Positions 36,377 to 44,742 of a stretch of DNA of 52,522 nt are shown here, one piece after another (position 1 is the stretch's first letter; each line of letters opens with the position of its first letter). This DNA is from Omnitrophica WOR_2 bacterium RIFCSPHIGHO2_02_FULL_48_11 (lineage in GTDB: Bacteria > Omnitrophota > Gorgyraeia > Zapsychrales > GWA2-47-8). The stretch lies in the NCBI GenBank assembly GCA_001805615.1, contig MHGP01000035.1, forward strand, positions 10,222-62,743, in the 5' to 3' direction. The notes under the pieces are model-generated. The model did no database searches. It worked only from the letters and a program-made list of their open reading frames with translations, and was not told where the DNA came from. The translations under genes and the position numbers were made by a program.

Positions 36377-38107
36377 TTAAGCGCCGGCCGCTAAAATTTC
36401 ACGGAAGCGATCGATCCCGCGATCATCATTGTATTCATCATATTCCCGCAGCAATTCAGCCGGGATGGAGCTGCACGGATTTTCATTTCCTATCAATATT
36501 TTCTTGATCATGTTCAATAATTTCTCGGGATCGGCAAAAACAATTTTATCCTTAAAATGTTTGGCAAAGGGATGGCCGTAACCGACTTCATCCAGATACA
36601 GGCCCTCGATCCCGCAGATGATCGCGATCGTGGATGAGCTGGTCATTCCCTGGCTGACAACGATATCGGCAACTCCGATCGCTTCGATAAAGCAATATTT
36701 CTTCTCATCGAGGATATAAAAATTCGTCGTCCGCTTGATCCCCTGCCGGATCTCCTCAAACTGCGCCTTAAGCGGCCGCGGCAGCTGCTGAAATCTTTCC
36801 GCGGCCTTGGGCTTTATCAGGACGGTCACGTTAGGATTTTCCAAAGCGCATTGATAAGCTGTCCGCCAAAAATTGACAAAATGCTGCGGCGTCATCTCAC
36901 AGATCTCGTCAAATGATTCATCGAAAAATGAAACGACCCGACGGTCATTGGGCAGGCCCAGTTCCGCCAGGACCGACTCCTTCCGCTGGGCCACATCACA
37001 AATGAACCGTTTAAAGACATAACCCGTCGGCACATACGGCGTCGACAAACCCTGCACGTGGATCTTCCCCCATGTCAAATATTTGTCGCAGCCTAAATTC
37101 GAAACGGTCCAGCGGTTCGATTCAATCGAGAAATCAGACCAATGCATCAGGTAATACCGTGTCCCATAATTCTCACAGATGATCGCCTCGGCGATATGGT
37201 TGGAGGCAAAATAACAATGCCCCAGCTCCGAGGTCACGCGATAGTGCGAGAAGATCCGCTCATAGGCTAAGGCATAAAACGCAAAATATAAAAATATGGC
37301 CCGGAATAGCGTAAAATTCCCAGACGGCAATTCTTTCCATAAAAGACCGCTGCTTGCCAAGATGTATCGGGGAATAACCCTTCCGAAAAACGGCTTCACA
37401 CCCAACGACAACTTTTGCAGATTAAAGTGTGCGTAAGGAGACCGCCGGGCGTCCTCATAGCCTTTAAGCCGTGCCCCGGTTTTTGGGATGCTCCTGGAGA
37501 AAAGCAAAAATGATTTTTGCTTTATCTTTTCGCTATCAACCAAAAAATCATCATGAAAGTAATATCCGCCCACGTCATACAAACCCCAAACCGCTTCCCG
37601 CATCACCTTATAAGACTCTCGCGGACCCCGCAGAGTCAAACCGTTTTTCAAACTGAAAGCTAAACAAAACAAAATGTTCCAAAAAATTTGGGCCAGGCGC
37701 TCCCCAAGACCCGACCGTTTCCATTGAACCTTGGGCGAGATCTTAAATTTAGCGGCAAAGCGTTCAACGGCAAACCGGTGGATCGCATTATCCTCTAAAA
37801 CAACCGGGCCGGCAGAATCCGCCAGACTGTCGTTGAGAAGATTGGAAAGCTTGATCATGTATTCCAAAACACAGCGGCTGGCAAAGAAATTAAAACGGTG
37901 CGTTTGAAAACTCTTATTCAACCCCTTCACAAAATCCGATTCCAGGATTTTGTTCGTTTGAATAAACTCATCGGCGAGCTTTGGGATCTCATCGTTGAGC
38001 CAGCGGAAATACTCGGGATTGAGACGTTCCCGGTTGGCCGCATCAAAAGGCAGAAAGAACCGTGTCAGGATCTCGCCAAAAATAATTTTTTTAAAAATAT
38101 CGGTCAT
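36377..38107 (-). CDS. Hypothetical 576-aa protein with GT-B-like C-terminal domain (candidate nonulosonic acid transferase)
   Basis: Long ORF embedded in the pse genes with no named family recognised. The C-terminal ~190 aa (VVSFFDESF..VLIKPK..SQGMTSSSTIA..GYGHPF) parallels the 404-aa protein at 40289..41503. Confidence 0.4.
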   Translation of the reverse strand: MTDIFKKIIFGEILTRFFLPFDAANRERLNPEYFRWLNDEIPKLADEFIQTNKILESDFVKGLNKSFQTHRFNFFASRCVLEYMIKLSNLLNDSLADSAGPVVLEDNAIHRFAVERFAAKFKISPKVQWKRSGLGERLAQIFWNILFCLAFSLKNGLTLRGPRESYKVMREAVWGLYDVGGYYFHDDFLVDSEKIKQKSFLLFSRSIPKTGARLKGYEDARRSPYAHFNLQKLSLGVKPFFGRVIPRYILASSGLLWKELPSGNFTLFRAIFLYFAFYALAYERIFSHYRVTSELGHCYFASNHIAEAIICENYGTRYYLMHWSDFSIESNRWTVSNLGCDKYLTWGKIHVQGLSTPYVPTGYVFKRFICDVAQRKESVLAELGLPNDRRVVSFFDESFDEICEMTPQHFVNFWRTAYQCALENPNVTVLIKPKAAERFQQLPRPLKAQFEEIRQGIKRTTNFYILDEKKYCFIEAIGVADIVVSQGMTSSSTIAIICGIEGLYLDEVGYGHPFAKHFKDKIVFADPEKLLNMIKKILIGNENPCSSIPAELLREYDEYNDDRGIDRFREILAAGA

Positions 38108-38108
38108 A

Positions 38109-39275
38109 CTACGAGCGAACCTTTCTGTACTGCTGAATGATCTTTTCAGTGACGGCGATCACGCGTTTTACATCGGCCGTTGACATTTTCGGAAAAAGCG
38201 GCAAGGTCACTGTTTCCTCATAATAATTTTCCGCGTTAGGACAACTCCCTCTCGCGTATCCTAACTTCTGATAAAACGGCTGATAATAGATCGGGATATA
38301 ATGCACATTCACTAAGATCCCCTGCCGGCGATATTCCTCAAAGATGGTTTTTCGCGGTACGGAAAATTTATTACGCTTAAACATGAGCACATAAATATGC
38401 TGCGCGGATCTGACTTGCGGCGCATCCGGCAAAAATCGCACCTCGTCATAGCGGCTGAAGGCCTTGTTATAAGCAGCGGCAATTTCTCGCCGGCGTTTGA
38501 GAAATTTATTTAATTTGGGCAGTTGACTTAAACCCAACGCGCACTGCATATCCGTCAGGCGGTAATTGAACCCCAGATCCTGCATTTCATAGTACCAACC
38601 GCCGTCATTCCCGGTTAATTGATTGGGATCGCGGGTAATACCGTGGGTGCGCAAGCGCAAAAGTTTTTTGTAAAAATGATCATTATTCATAACCACCGCG
38701 CCGCCTTCCGCCGTCGTAATATGTTTGACCGCGTGAAAACTTAAAGTTGTCATATCGGCAAATCTTCCGGAACCGATCTTTGTTCCCTCATACGTCGCGC
38801 CCAAAGCGTGCGAGGCATCTTCGATCAGTAACAATTTATTTTTCTGCGCGATCTCGTATATTTTCTTTAGATCCGCCGGCTGGCCGGCAAAATCCACCGG
38901 AATGATTGCCTTGGTTTTACCGGTAATTTTCTTTTCGATCTCGGCCGGGTCGATATTGATCGTATCTTCCCGGATATCCGCAAAGATAGGCTTTCCCCCG
39001 CAATAAAGCACACAGTTCGCCGAAGCCACAAAACTGATCGGGCTCGTGATGACTTCATCCCCGGATTGAATGCCGGCAGCCAAACAGGCCAAGTGCAACG
39101 CGGCGGTCCCGTTGGCGACCGATACCGCATATTTCGCGTCACAGCATTTGGCAACGGCGCGATCAAAAAGCTCAACGGTCGGCCCTTGCGTTAAAAAGTT
39201 CGATTTTAAAATTTTCGTAACGCTGCGAATGTCTTTTTGATCAATCCACTGTATCGCGTAAGGAATAGTTTTCAT
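38109..39275 (-). CDS. pseC: UDP-4-amino-4,6-dideoxy-N-acetyl-beta-L-altrosamine transaminase
   Basis: IPYAIQWIDQKDI..LTQGPTV..NGTAALHLA and the PLP-lysine segment SFHAVKHITTAEGG. Adjacent to pseB. Confidence 0.85.
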   Translation of the reverse strand: MKTIPYAIQWIDQKDIRSVTKILKSNFLTQGPTVELFDRAVAKCCDAKYAVSVANGTAALHLACLAAGIQSGDEVITSPISFVASANCVLYCGGKPIFADIREDTINIDPAEIEKKITGKTKAIIPVDFAGQPADLKKIYEIAQKNKLLLIEDASHALGATYEGTKIGSGRFADMTTLSFHAVKHITTAEGGAVVMNNDHFYKKLLRLRTHGITRDPNQLTGNDGGWYYEMQDLGFNYRLTDMQCALGLSQLPKLNKFLKRRREIAAAYNKAFSRYDEVRFLPDAPQVRSAQHIYVLMFKRNKFSVPRKTIFEEYRRQGILVNVHYIPIYYQPFYQKLGYARGSCPNAENYYEETVTLPLFPKMSTADVKRVIAVTEKIIQQYRKVRS

Positions 39276-40255
39276 ATGGTTTTAATGATTTCCTTAAGCT
39301 CGTCCACCGTCAGCCACTGGCTGTTGGTATCGCTCGAATATTTGAAATCTTCCGGCACATCTTTGCCGATCGGATAATTCTCATCGCTCCACCAGTGAAA
39401 TGCCGGCTGAATCACATAACAATTGTCTAATTCTTTGGTATTGCGGGCGTCATCCACCGAGACCATAACTTCATGCAATTTTTCTCCGGGACGGATACCG
39501 ACATTTTTGGTTTTACATTCCGGGGCGATGGCCTTGGCCAGGTCCATAATGTTCATGCTGGGGATTTTCGGAATAAAGATTTCCCCGCCGTGCATTTCTT
39601 CAAAACGGGAGATCACAAAGCGTACCCCCTGCTCGAGTGTAATCCAAAAGCGCGTCATCTTGGGATGCGTGATGGGAAGCACACCTTCTTTCTTTTTATC
39701 AAGAAAAAAGGGAATCACACTCCCGCGACTGCCCACAACGTTGCCGTAACGCACAACCGAAAACCGCGCGCCGGAAATTCCAGAATAAGAATTCGCCGCA
39801 ACAAATAATTTATCCGAACAGAGTTTTGTGGCGCCGTACAGATTGATCGGGTTGCAAGCCTTGTCCGTACTAAGTGCGACAACTTTTTTCACTCCCCTTT
39901 CCAAGGACGCCTCGATAATATTCATCGCACCCAGGATATTGGTCTTGATCGCTTCCGTCGGATTATATTCCATCGCCGGCACCTGTTTAAGGGCTGCGGC
40001 ATGGATGACATAGTCAACATCATGAAACGCGAGCTTTAAACGTTCTTTATCACGCACATCGCCGATAAAAAATCGGATATTCTTATACTGGGCAAATTGC
40101 TGCTGCATATCGAACTGCTTGGCCTCATCGCGGCTGTAAATAATCAATTTTTGGGGACTTAATTCATCCAATACGATTTTGGCGAATTTTTTACCGAAAG
40201 AACCGGTCCCCCCGGTGATTAAAATGGTTTTACCTGTTAACGGACTTTTTTTCAT
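39272..40255 (-). CDS. pseB: UDP-N-acetylglucosamine 4,6-dehydratase (inverting)
   Basis: TILITGGTGSFGKKF, LIIYSRDEAKQFDM, YGATK. This is the typical PseB/FlaA1 signature. GAGGA Shine-Dalgarno 7 nt upstream of the ATG. Confidence 0.9.
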   Translation of the reverse strand: MKKSPLTGKTILITGGTGSFGKKFAKIVLDELSPQKLIIYSRDEAKQFDMQQQFAQYKNIRFFIGDVRDKERLKLAFHDVDYVIHAAALKQVPAMEYNPTEAIKTNILGAMNIIEASLERGVKKVVALSTDKACNPINLYGATKLCSDKLFVAANSYSGISGARFSVVRYGNVVGSRGSVIPFFLDKKKEGVLPITHPKMTRFWITLEQGVRFVISRFEEMHGGEIFIPKIPSMNIMDLAKAIAPECKTKNVGIRPGEKLHEVMVSVDDARNTKELDNCYVIQPAFHWWSDENYPIGKDVPEDFKYSSDTNSQWLTVDELKEIIKTI

Positions 40256-40288
40256 ATTTCCTCACTTCTCATTGCTGTTAAAAAAATT

Positions 40289-41503
40289 TTAAGTAGCTGC
40301 GTATTCTTTTTTTGTACTTTCCTCTAAAGGAACAATTTTGTCAAAGGCATCAGCCACGATGTCCGCATAAAATTTTCGCGGTGTGCTCGTTCTCTTGATA
40401 AACGTTTCCTCGTACTGCCGGTACTTATCCTCATCGATGTGAGACACGGTACTAGCATCCAGGTTCTCAATCGACCGCACGTCCTGCGGTATTTGAGCAA
40501 ATTGCTTAGCGGCAGCCGCAATAACTCTCCCATAAAACTGCCCTTTGACCTTCATCGGCAGCAAGAAGATCAACGGCTTACGGAACATCACGGCAAAATT
40601 CATCGAGGTGCTGCCATGGCACAAAACACATTTGGCGTGCGCGACCAGATCGACCGTCTTTCCTTTGAGCACCATTCTTCCTTCAAATAAATTCGGCATA
40701 TTTTCATAAGGGGCCTTGGGATGGGCGGCAATCACAACCTTAAGCTGCAATTTCTGCTCTATGATCTTAAGCAGGCGGTTCACCTCGTCATAATATTCTT
40801 CCGGGGAGCGAAACGGATTCTGGGGACCGTCCGTCAGATGAAAATCCGGATGGAACGGCCAGCCCTCATCCAAAAACACAACATAATCCCCCTCCACAAG
40901 CGGCTTTTCTCGCCGCTGCTGATGCGCCAGATACAGATCATAATCTAACGTGTGTGCCCAAATGATTCTTGTCCGCTCATCGGTTTGCGGAAATTTATGC
41001 TGATCATAAAGCCCGCCGGCGATCACGAATCGCGCGGGTACGGATCCGGAACGGGTTGATAAAAATTTCTTTTGCAGCCGTTCTGTGAGCCGTTGCCAGG
41101 ACCGCCGTGACAATGCCATCCGCCACAGCGGTTGATACCGTACTTTGGGAATGCTGTTGGCGCAAAAATTCCCATGAATGACATTATTATCCTTTAAATA
41201 TTTTTCCAAGAGAGGCTCGGTCTCCGGACGGCCGACAAAATCAACCAAAAACCAGCGCCGCGCTTTCCTTTCCGCAAAGAATTGCTCAATGTCCGCCGGA
41301 GATTTCACGACGCAAACATGTTCATAGGCCCACGGCTGAATTAAACCTCTTTCCATGACCTCGGGATTGAGCAAAAAAGTCACATCCAAAAAGCTCACCT
41401 GATAGCCCCGCGCGCGAAACCGTTCGACCCCCAGCCGGTCGTAATCGCGCTTCATTAAAGGCAGCGGAATAATAAAACAAATTTCTCGTATGGCCATATG
41501 CAA
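40289..41503 (-). CDS. Hypothetical 404-aa GT-B-like protein with DEG / HP / STS motifs (candidate nonulosonic acid transferase)
   Basis: VVFLDEGWPFHPD (res 208-220), VVIAAHPKAP (res 256-265), CHGSTSMNF (res 295-303). It lies between the two NulO pathways. Confidence 0.4.
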   Translation of the reverse strand: MHMAIREICFIIPLPLMKRDYDRLGVERFRARGYQVSFLDVTFLLNPEVMERGLIQPWAYEHVCVVKSPADIEQFFAERKARRWFLVDFVGRPETEPLLEKYLKDNNVIHGNFCANSIPKVRYQPLWRMALSRRSWQRLTERLQKKFLSTRSGSVPARFVIAGGLYDQHKFPQTDERTRIIWAHTLDYDLYLAHQQRREKPLVEGDYVVFLDEGWPFHPDFHLTDGPQNPFRSPEEYYDEVNRLLKIIEQKLQLKVVIAAHPKAPYENMPNLFEGRMVLKGKTVDLVAHAKCVLCHGSTSMNFAVMFRKPLIFLLPMKVKGQFYGRVIAAAAKQFAQIPQDVRSIENLDASTVSHIDEDKYRQYEETFIKRTSTPRKFYADIVADAFDKIVPLEESTKKEYAAT

Positions 41504-41506
41504 TCC

Positions 41507-42715
41507 TTACGCTATCTCTGCCTTGATCGGTTGCCGCTCATCATAAATACGCACCAGCGCCGCAGACACCTTTTGCACATCCGCTTCGGCAATGTGCGAA
41601 TATAGCGGCAAGCTCAAAATATTATCGGCCACCGACTTTGTCGTCTTTAACGTCAGGGCCGGGTTATTCCGGTAATCCGCAAAGGCTTTTTGTTCATGCA
41701 CCGGCGGATAAAAATATTTCTTAACAATGATGTTTTCTGCCGTCAGGGCCCTATACAGCTGATCACGGCTTAGGCCAAACTTCTTTGCATCGATCAGGAT
41801 GGAAAAATCTTTAAAACTGCTGCGGCTCCCGGCGGCGATCTTTTGAAAGCTGATACCCGGCAAATCCGCCAGCAATTTCTTGTACAATTGGGCGATACGA
41901 TTACGCTGCGCGACATTCTTTTCTAAATCCTTAAGACTCTCGATGCCCAGCAACGCATGAAACTCGCTCATGCGGGAATTAAAACCGGAAAAAACACTGT
42001 CGTAATCGCCGGAATCACCGTAATTGCGGCCCACCCGAAGCTGTCTGGCCAGATCCCCATCATTGGTCGCAACGATCCCGCCCTCGCCGGAGGTCAAAAG
42101 TTTCGTCGGACTGAGGCTAAAGACTTCCGCGTCGCCGAATCCGCCGATATTTTTCCCCTGATACTGCGAGCCGAATCCATGCGCCGCGTCAAAGATCAGT
42201 TTTAAACGATGCTTCTTGGCAATTTTTTCAAGCGCGCTGATATCGGCCGGATTTCCAAAGATATGCACGCCCAAGATCGCCGACGTTTGCGGGGTGATCG
42301 CCTTCTCCACCTGCGCGGGGTCAATGTTGTACGTCTCCGGCAGGCAGTCCACAAACACGGGCTTGAGATTGTTCCACACCAGCGCATGGGCCGTGGCATG
42401 AAACGTAAAGCTCGGCAAGATCACTTCGCCTTTCAATTTTAAGATCTTAAACGTCAGCATGAGTCCCGAGGTACAGCTGCTCACCGCCACCGCTTCTTTA
42501 ACCCCGAGATAATTTGCCACCTGTTTTTCAAATTCCTTAACATAGCCGGCGTTGGTGATCATGCCGCTTTCCAAAATTTGCGTGTATTGGCTGGTCAATT
42601 TGGCGATCGACGGGATCGTGGGCTTGGTGATCGGCAACGGCTGCGCGAAGGCAGGCTGCCCCCCTAAGATCGCTGCAGAGTTTACCGGAGGAACTTTCGT
42701 CTGTGTTTTACTCAT
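41507..42715 (-). CDS. DegT/DnrJ/EryC1/StrS-family PLP-dependent sugar aminotransferase
   Basis: 402 aa with the PLP-lysine segment FSLSPTKLLTSGEGG and typical family layout. Confidence 0.85.
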   Translation of the reverse strand: MSKTQTKVPPVNSAAILGGQPAFAQPLPITKPTIPSIAKLTSQYTQILESGMITNAGYVKEFEKQVANYLGVKEAVAVSSCTSGLMLTFKILKLKGEVILPSFTFHATAHALVWNNLKPVFVDCLPETYNIDPAQVEKAITPQTSAILGVHIFGNPADISALEKIAKKHRLKLIFDAAHGFGSQYQGKNIGGFGDAEVFSLSPTKLLTSGEGGIVATNDGDLARQLRVGRNYGDSGDYDSVFSGFNSRMSEFHALLGIESLKDLEKNVAQRNRIAQLYKKLLADLPGISFQKIAAGSRSSFKDFSILIDAKKFGLSRDQLYRALTAENIIVKKYFYPPVHEQKAFADYRNNPALTLKTTKSVADNILSLPLYSHIAEADVQKVSAALVRIYDERQPIKAEIA

Positions 42716-44097
42716 TTGTTATACTCCACGTTGTAATATTTACGATCGTTGACGTCTTTAATTTCATTTTTCTCAATCGCGCGTTTAATGCGCAGGACCG
42801 ACTTCTCCAGATCCTGATCGGCTTTATAGCGCAAAAATTTTTCGATCCTTGAAAAGGAAACCAGATAGTTGCGCGGGTCATTGTTGGAATCCTCCACGAC
42901 CAATTGGGCCTCAGGCACGCAGCTATGGACCTTCTGAGCGATCTGAATGATCTGATAATTTTGCCGGCTTGATCCGACATTGAAGACATTCCCTTTGATC
43001 TTATCCACCGGCGCTTTTAAACACTTGATATACGCATCCGCCGCATCCTCAACATGCAAAAGCGGCCGCCACTGTTTCCCGCCGTTAAAAACCAAGATCT
43101 TTTTTTCAGTCACGGCGGTCTTGGTCATCGTATTGACCACGAGATCAAAGCGCATCCGCGGCGAATAACCGTACAGTGTGCTCATCCGTAAGATCGTCGG
43201 AGAAAAATTTTCGTCCTCGAGGCTTAAGATCCCTTCTTCGGCCTGGATCTTGGAACGCGCGTAAAGCGAAACCGGATTGAGCGGCGAATTTTCTTTCAAC
43301 TCCTGATCCCCGTCCATAACGCCGTACACACTGCAGGTCGAGGCATAAATGAACCGGTTGATCTGATGATATTTGCAGGCCTCGGCCAAAACCTTGTTCG
43401 CCAAATAATTTGTTTCGATGGCGGATTCGGGTTTCTCCTGGCAGGCCGGATCACCGACCACGGCGGCCAGATTAATGACCGCATCGACGCCTTCCAGGGC
43501 CTTGACCAGCGTCGGGATATTGCGCATATCGCCTTCAATCAGCTCAAACCCTTTTTGCCCGATCAATCCCTCGACCGGCCCAGCACCGAACATGAGAAGG
43601 TCCAAGACCCGCACACGAAAACCGTCCGCCAAAAGTTTTCGCACCAAGATCGATCCTAGGTAGCCGGCTCCTCCCACCACCAAGACATGACGATCCGCGT
43701 GATGTTTCTTTCTCTTGGGAAATTGTTCCTCCATCAATTCCGAACATAACGCCAAACGCTCCGGCTGCCCCTCTTCATCAAGCACCAGAATATAACGGCT
43801 ATCCGGCATGCGGCTCAACAATTCCTTTATCTTGGCGCGGACAACTTGGGAATTGCTTAAATCTTTAGGATTAAGAATAACCGGATTAGGATTAAGAATT
43901 TTATTCACTAAACTTTTAATATCCTGACCCTTCAAGATACTTTTGCGTATTTCGCTGTCGCTGACCACTCCGGCAAAACGCTTTTTCTCATCAACGACAT
44001 ACGCCACCCGCAGTCCAGAGTGGTCAATAGCCCGCATTGCGTCCTTGACCGTGGCTTTTTCCGAAATAAGGGCACTTTTTAAAATTTTATTTTTCAT
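42712..44097 (-). CDS. CBS-pair domain fused to NAD-dependent sugar dehydratase/epimerase (extended SDR)
   Basis: The N-terminal ~125 aa looks like a CBS pair (..ATVKDAMRAIDHSGLRVAYVVDEKKRFAGVVSDSEIRK..). This is followed by HVLVVGGAGYLGSILV and YARSK (YxxxK). Confidence 0.8.
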   Translation of the reverse strand: MKNKILKSALISEKATVKDAMRAIDHSGLRVAYVVDEKKRFAGVVSDSEIRKSILKGQDIKSLVNKILNPNPVILNPKDLSNSQVVRAKIKELLSRMPDSRYILVLDEEGQPERLALCSELMEEQFPKRKKHHADRHVLVVGGAGYLGSILVRKLLADGFRVRVLDLLMFGAGPVEGLIGQKGFELIEGDMRNIPTLVKALEGVDAVINLAAVVGDPACQEKPESAIETNYLANKVLAEACKYHQINRFIYASTCSVYGVMDGDQELKENSPLNPVSLYARSKIQAEEGILSLEDENFSPTILRMSTLYGYSPRMRFDLVVNTMTKTAVTEKKILVFNGGKQWRPLLHVEDAADAYIKCLKAPVDKIKGNVFNVGSSRQNYQIIQIAQKVHSCVPEAQLVVEDSNNDPRNYLVSFSRIEKFLRYKADQDLEKSVLRIKRAIEKNEIKDVNDRKYYNVEYNK

Positions 44098-44738
44098 TTT
44101 TTTCGCTTAATCACTTTCGCCGGCACACCGGCAACCGTAACACGTTCCGGAACGGAAGCGATCACAACCGCGCCGGCTCCGACCATCGTGTTCTTTCCGA
44201 TAGAAACATTTTGGATCACGGCGGCGCCTGTCCCCACATAAGAACAACTGCCTACCCGCACCGTTCCGGCCAAATGCGCGCCCGGCCAAATATGGCAAAA
44301 AGCCTCAAGGTAACAGTCATGATCAACGCTGGCACCGGTATTCACCACCGCCCCGTCTTCCAAGATCGCGGAAGGATTGATCACCGCTCCGGCCATCACC
44401 ACCACTCCGCGACCTAGCCGCGCATGGCGCGACACAACCGCCCGCGGATGCACGGCGGAGATCACTTGAAAGCCGAGCGCCGTCGCTTTTTGAAAGATGG
44501 TTTTACGTATTTCATTATTACCGATACCTAACGCAATTTTTACGGCCCGCTTATTCTTGATCTTTTCCAAATACGCGGCATTTCCTAAAATGCGGCAGCC
44601 GTTGATGCTTTGGTTGACCTTCTTTTTATCATCATCGATAAAACCTAACACCGGAATTTTTGATTCCGCTAAAATGTCGAGGATGACCTTGCCGTGTCCT
44701 CCCGCGCCCCAGATAATAACTTTTGTTGGTTTAGTCAT
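44094..44738 (-). CDS. NeuD/PglD-family sugar N-acetyltransferase (left-handed beta-helix)
   Basis: N-terminal KVIIWGAGGHGKVILDIL..GFIDDD, followed by hexapeptide repeats (..GAVINPSAILEDGAVVNTGASV..VGTGAAVIQNVSIGKNTMVGAGAVV). Confidence 0.85.
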   Translation of the reverse strand: MTKPTKVIIWGAGGHGKVILDILAESKIPVLGFIDDDKKKVNQSINGCRILGNAAYLEKIKNKRAVKIALGIGNNEIRKTIFQKATALGFQVISAVHPRAVVSRHARLGRGVVVMAGAVINPSAILEDGAVVNTGASVDHDCYLEAFCHIWPGAHLAGTVRVGSCSYVGTGAAVIQNVSIGKNTMVGAGAVVIASVPERVTVAGVPAKVIKRKK

Positions 44739-44742
44739 ATTT

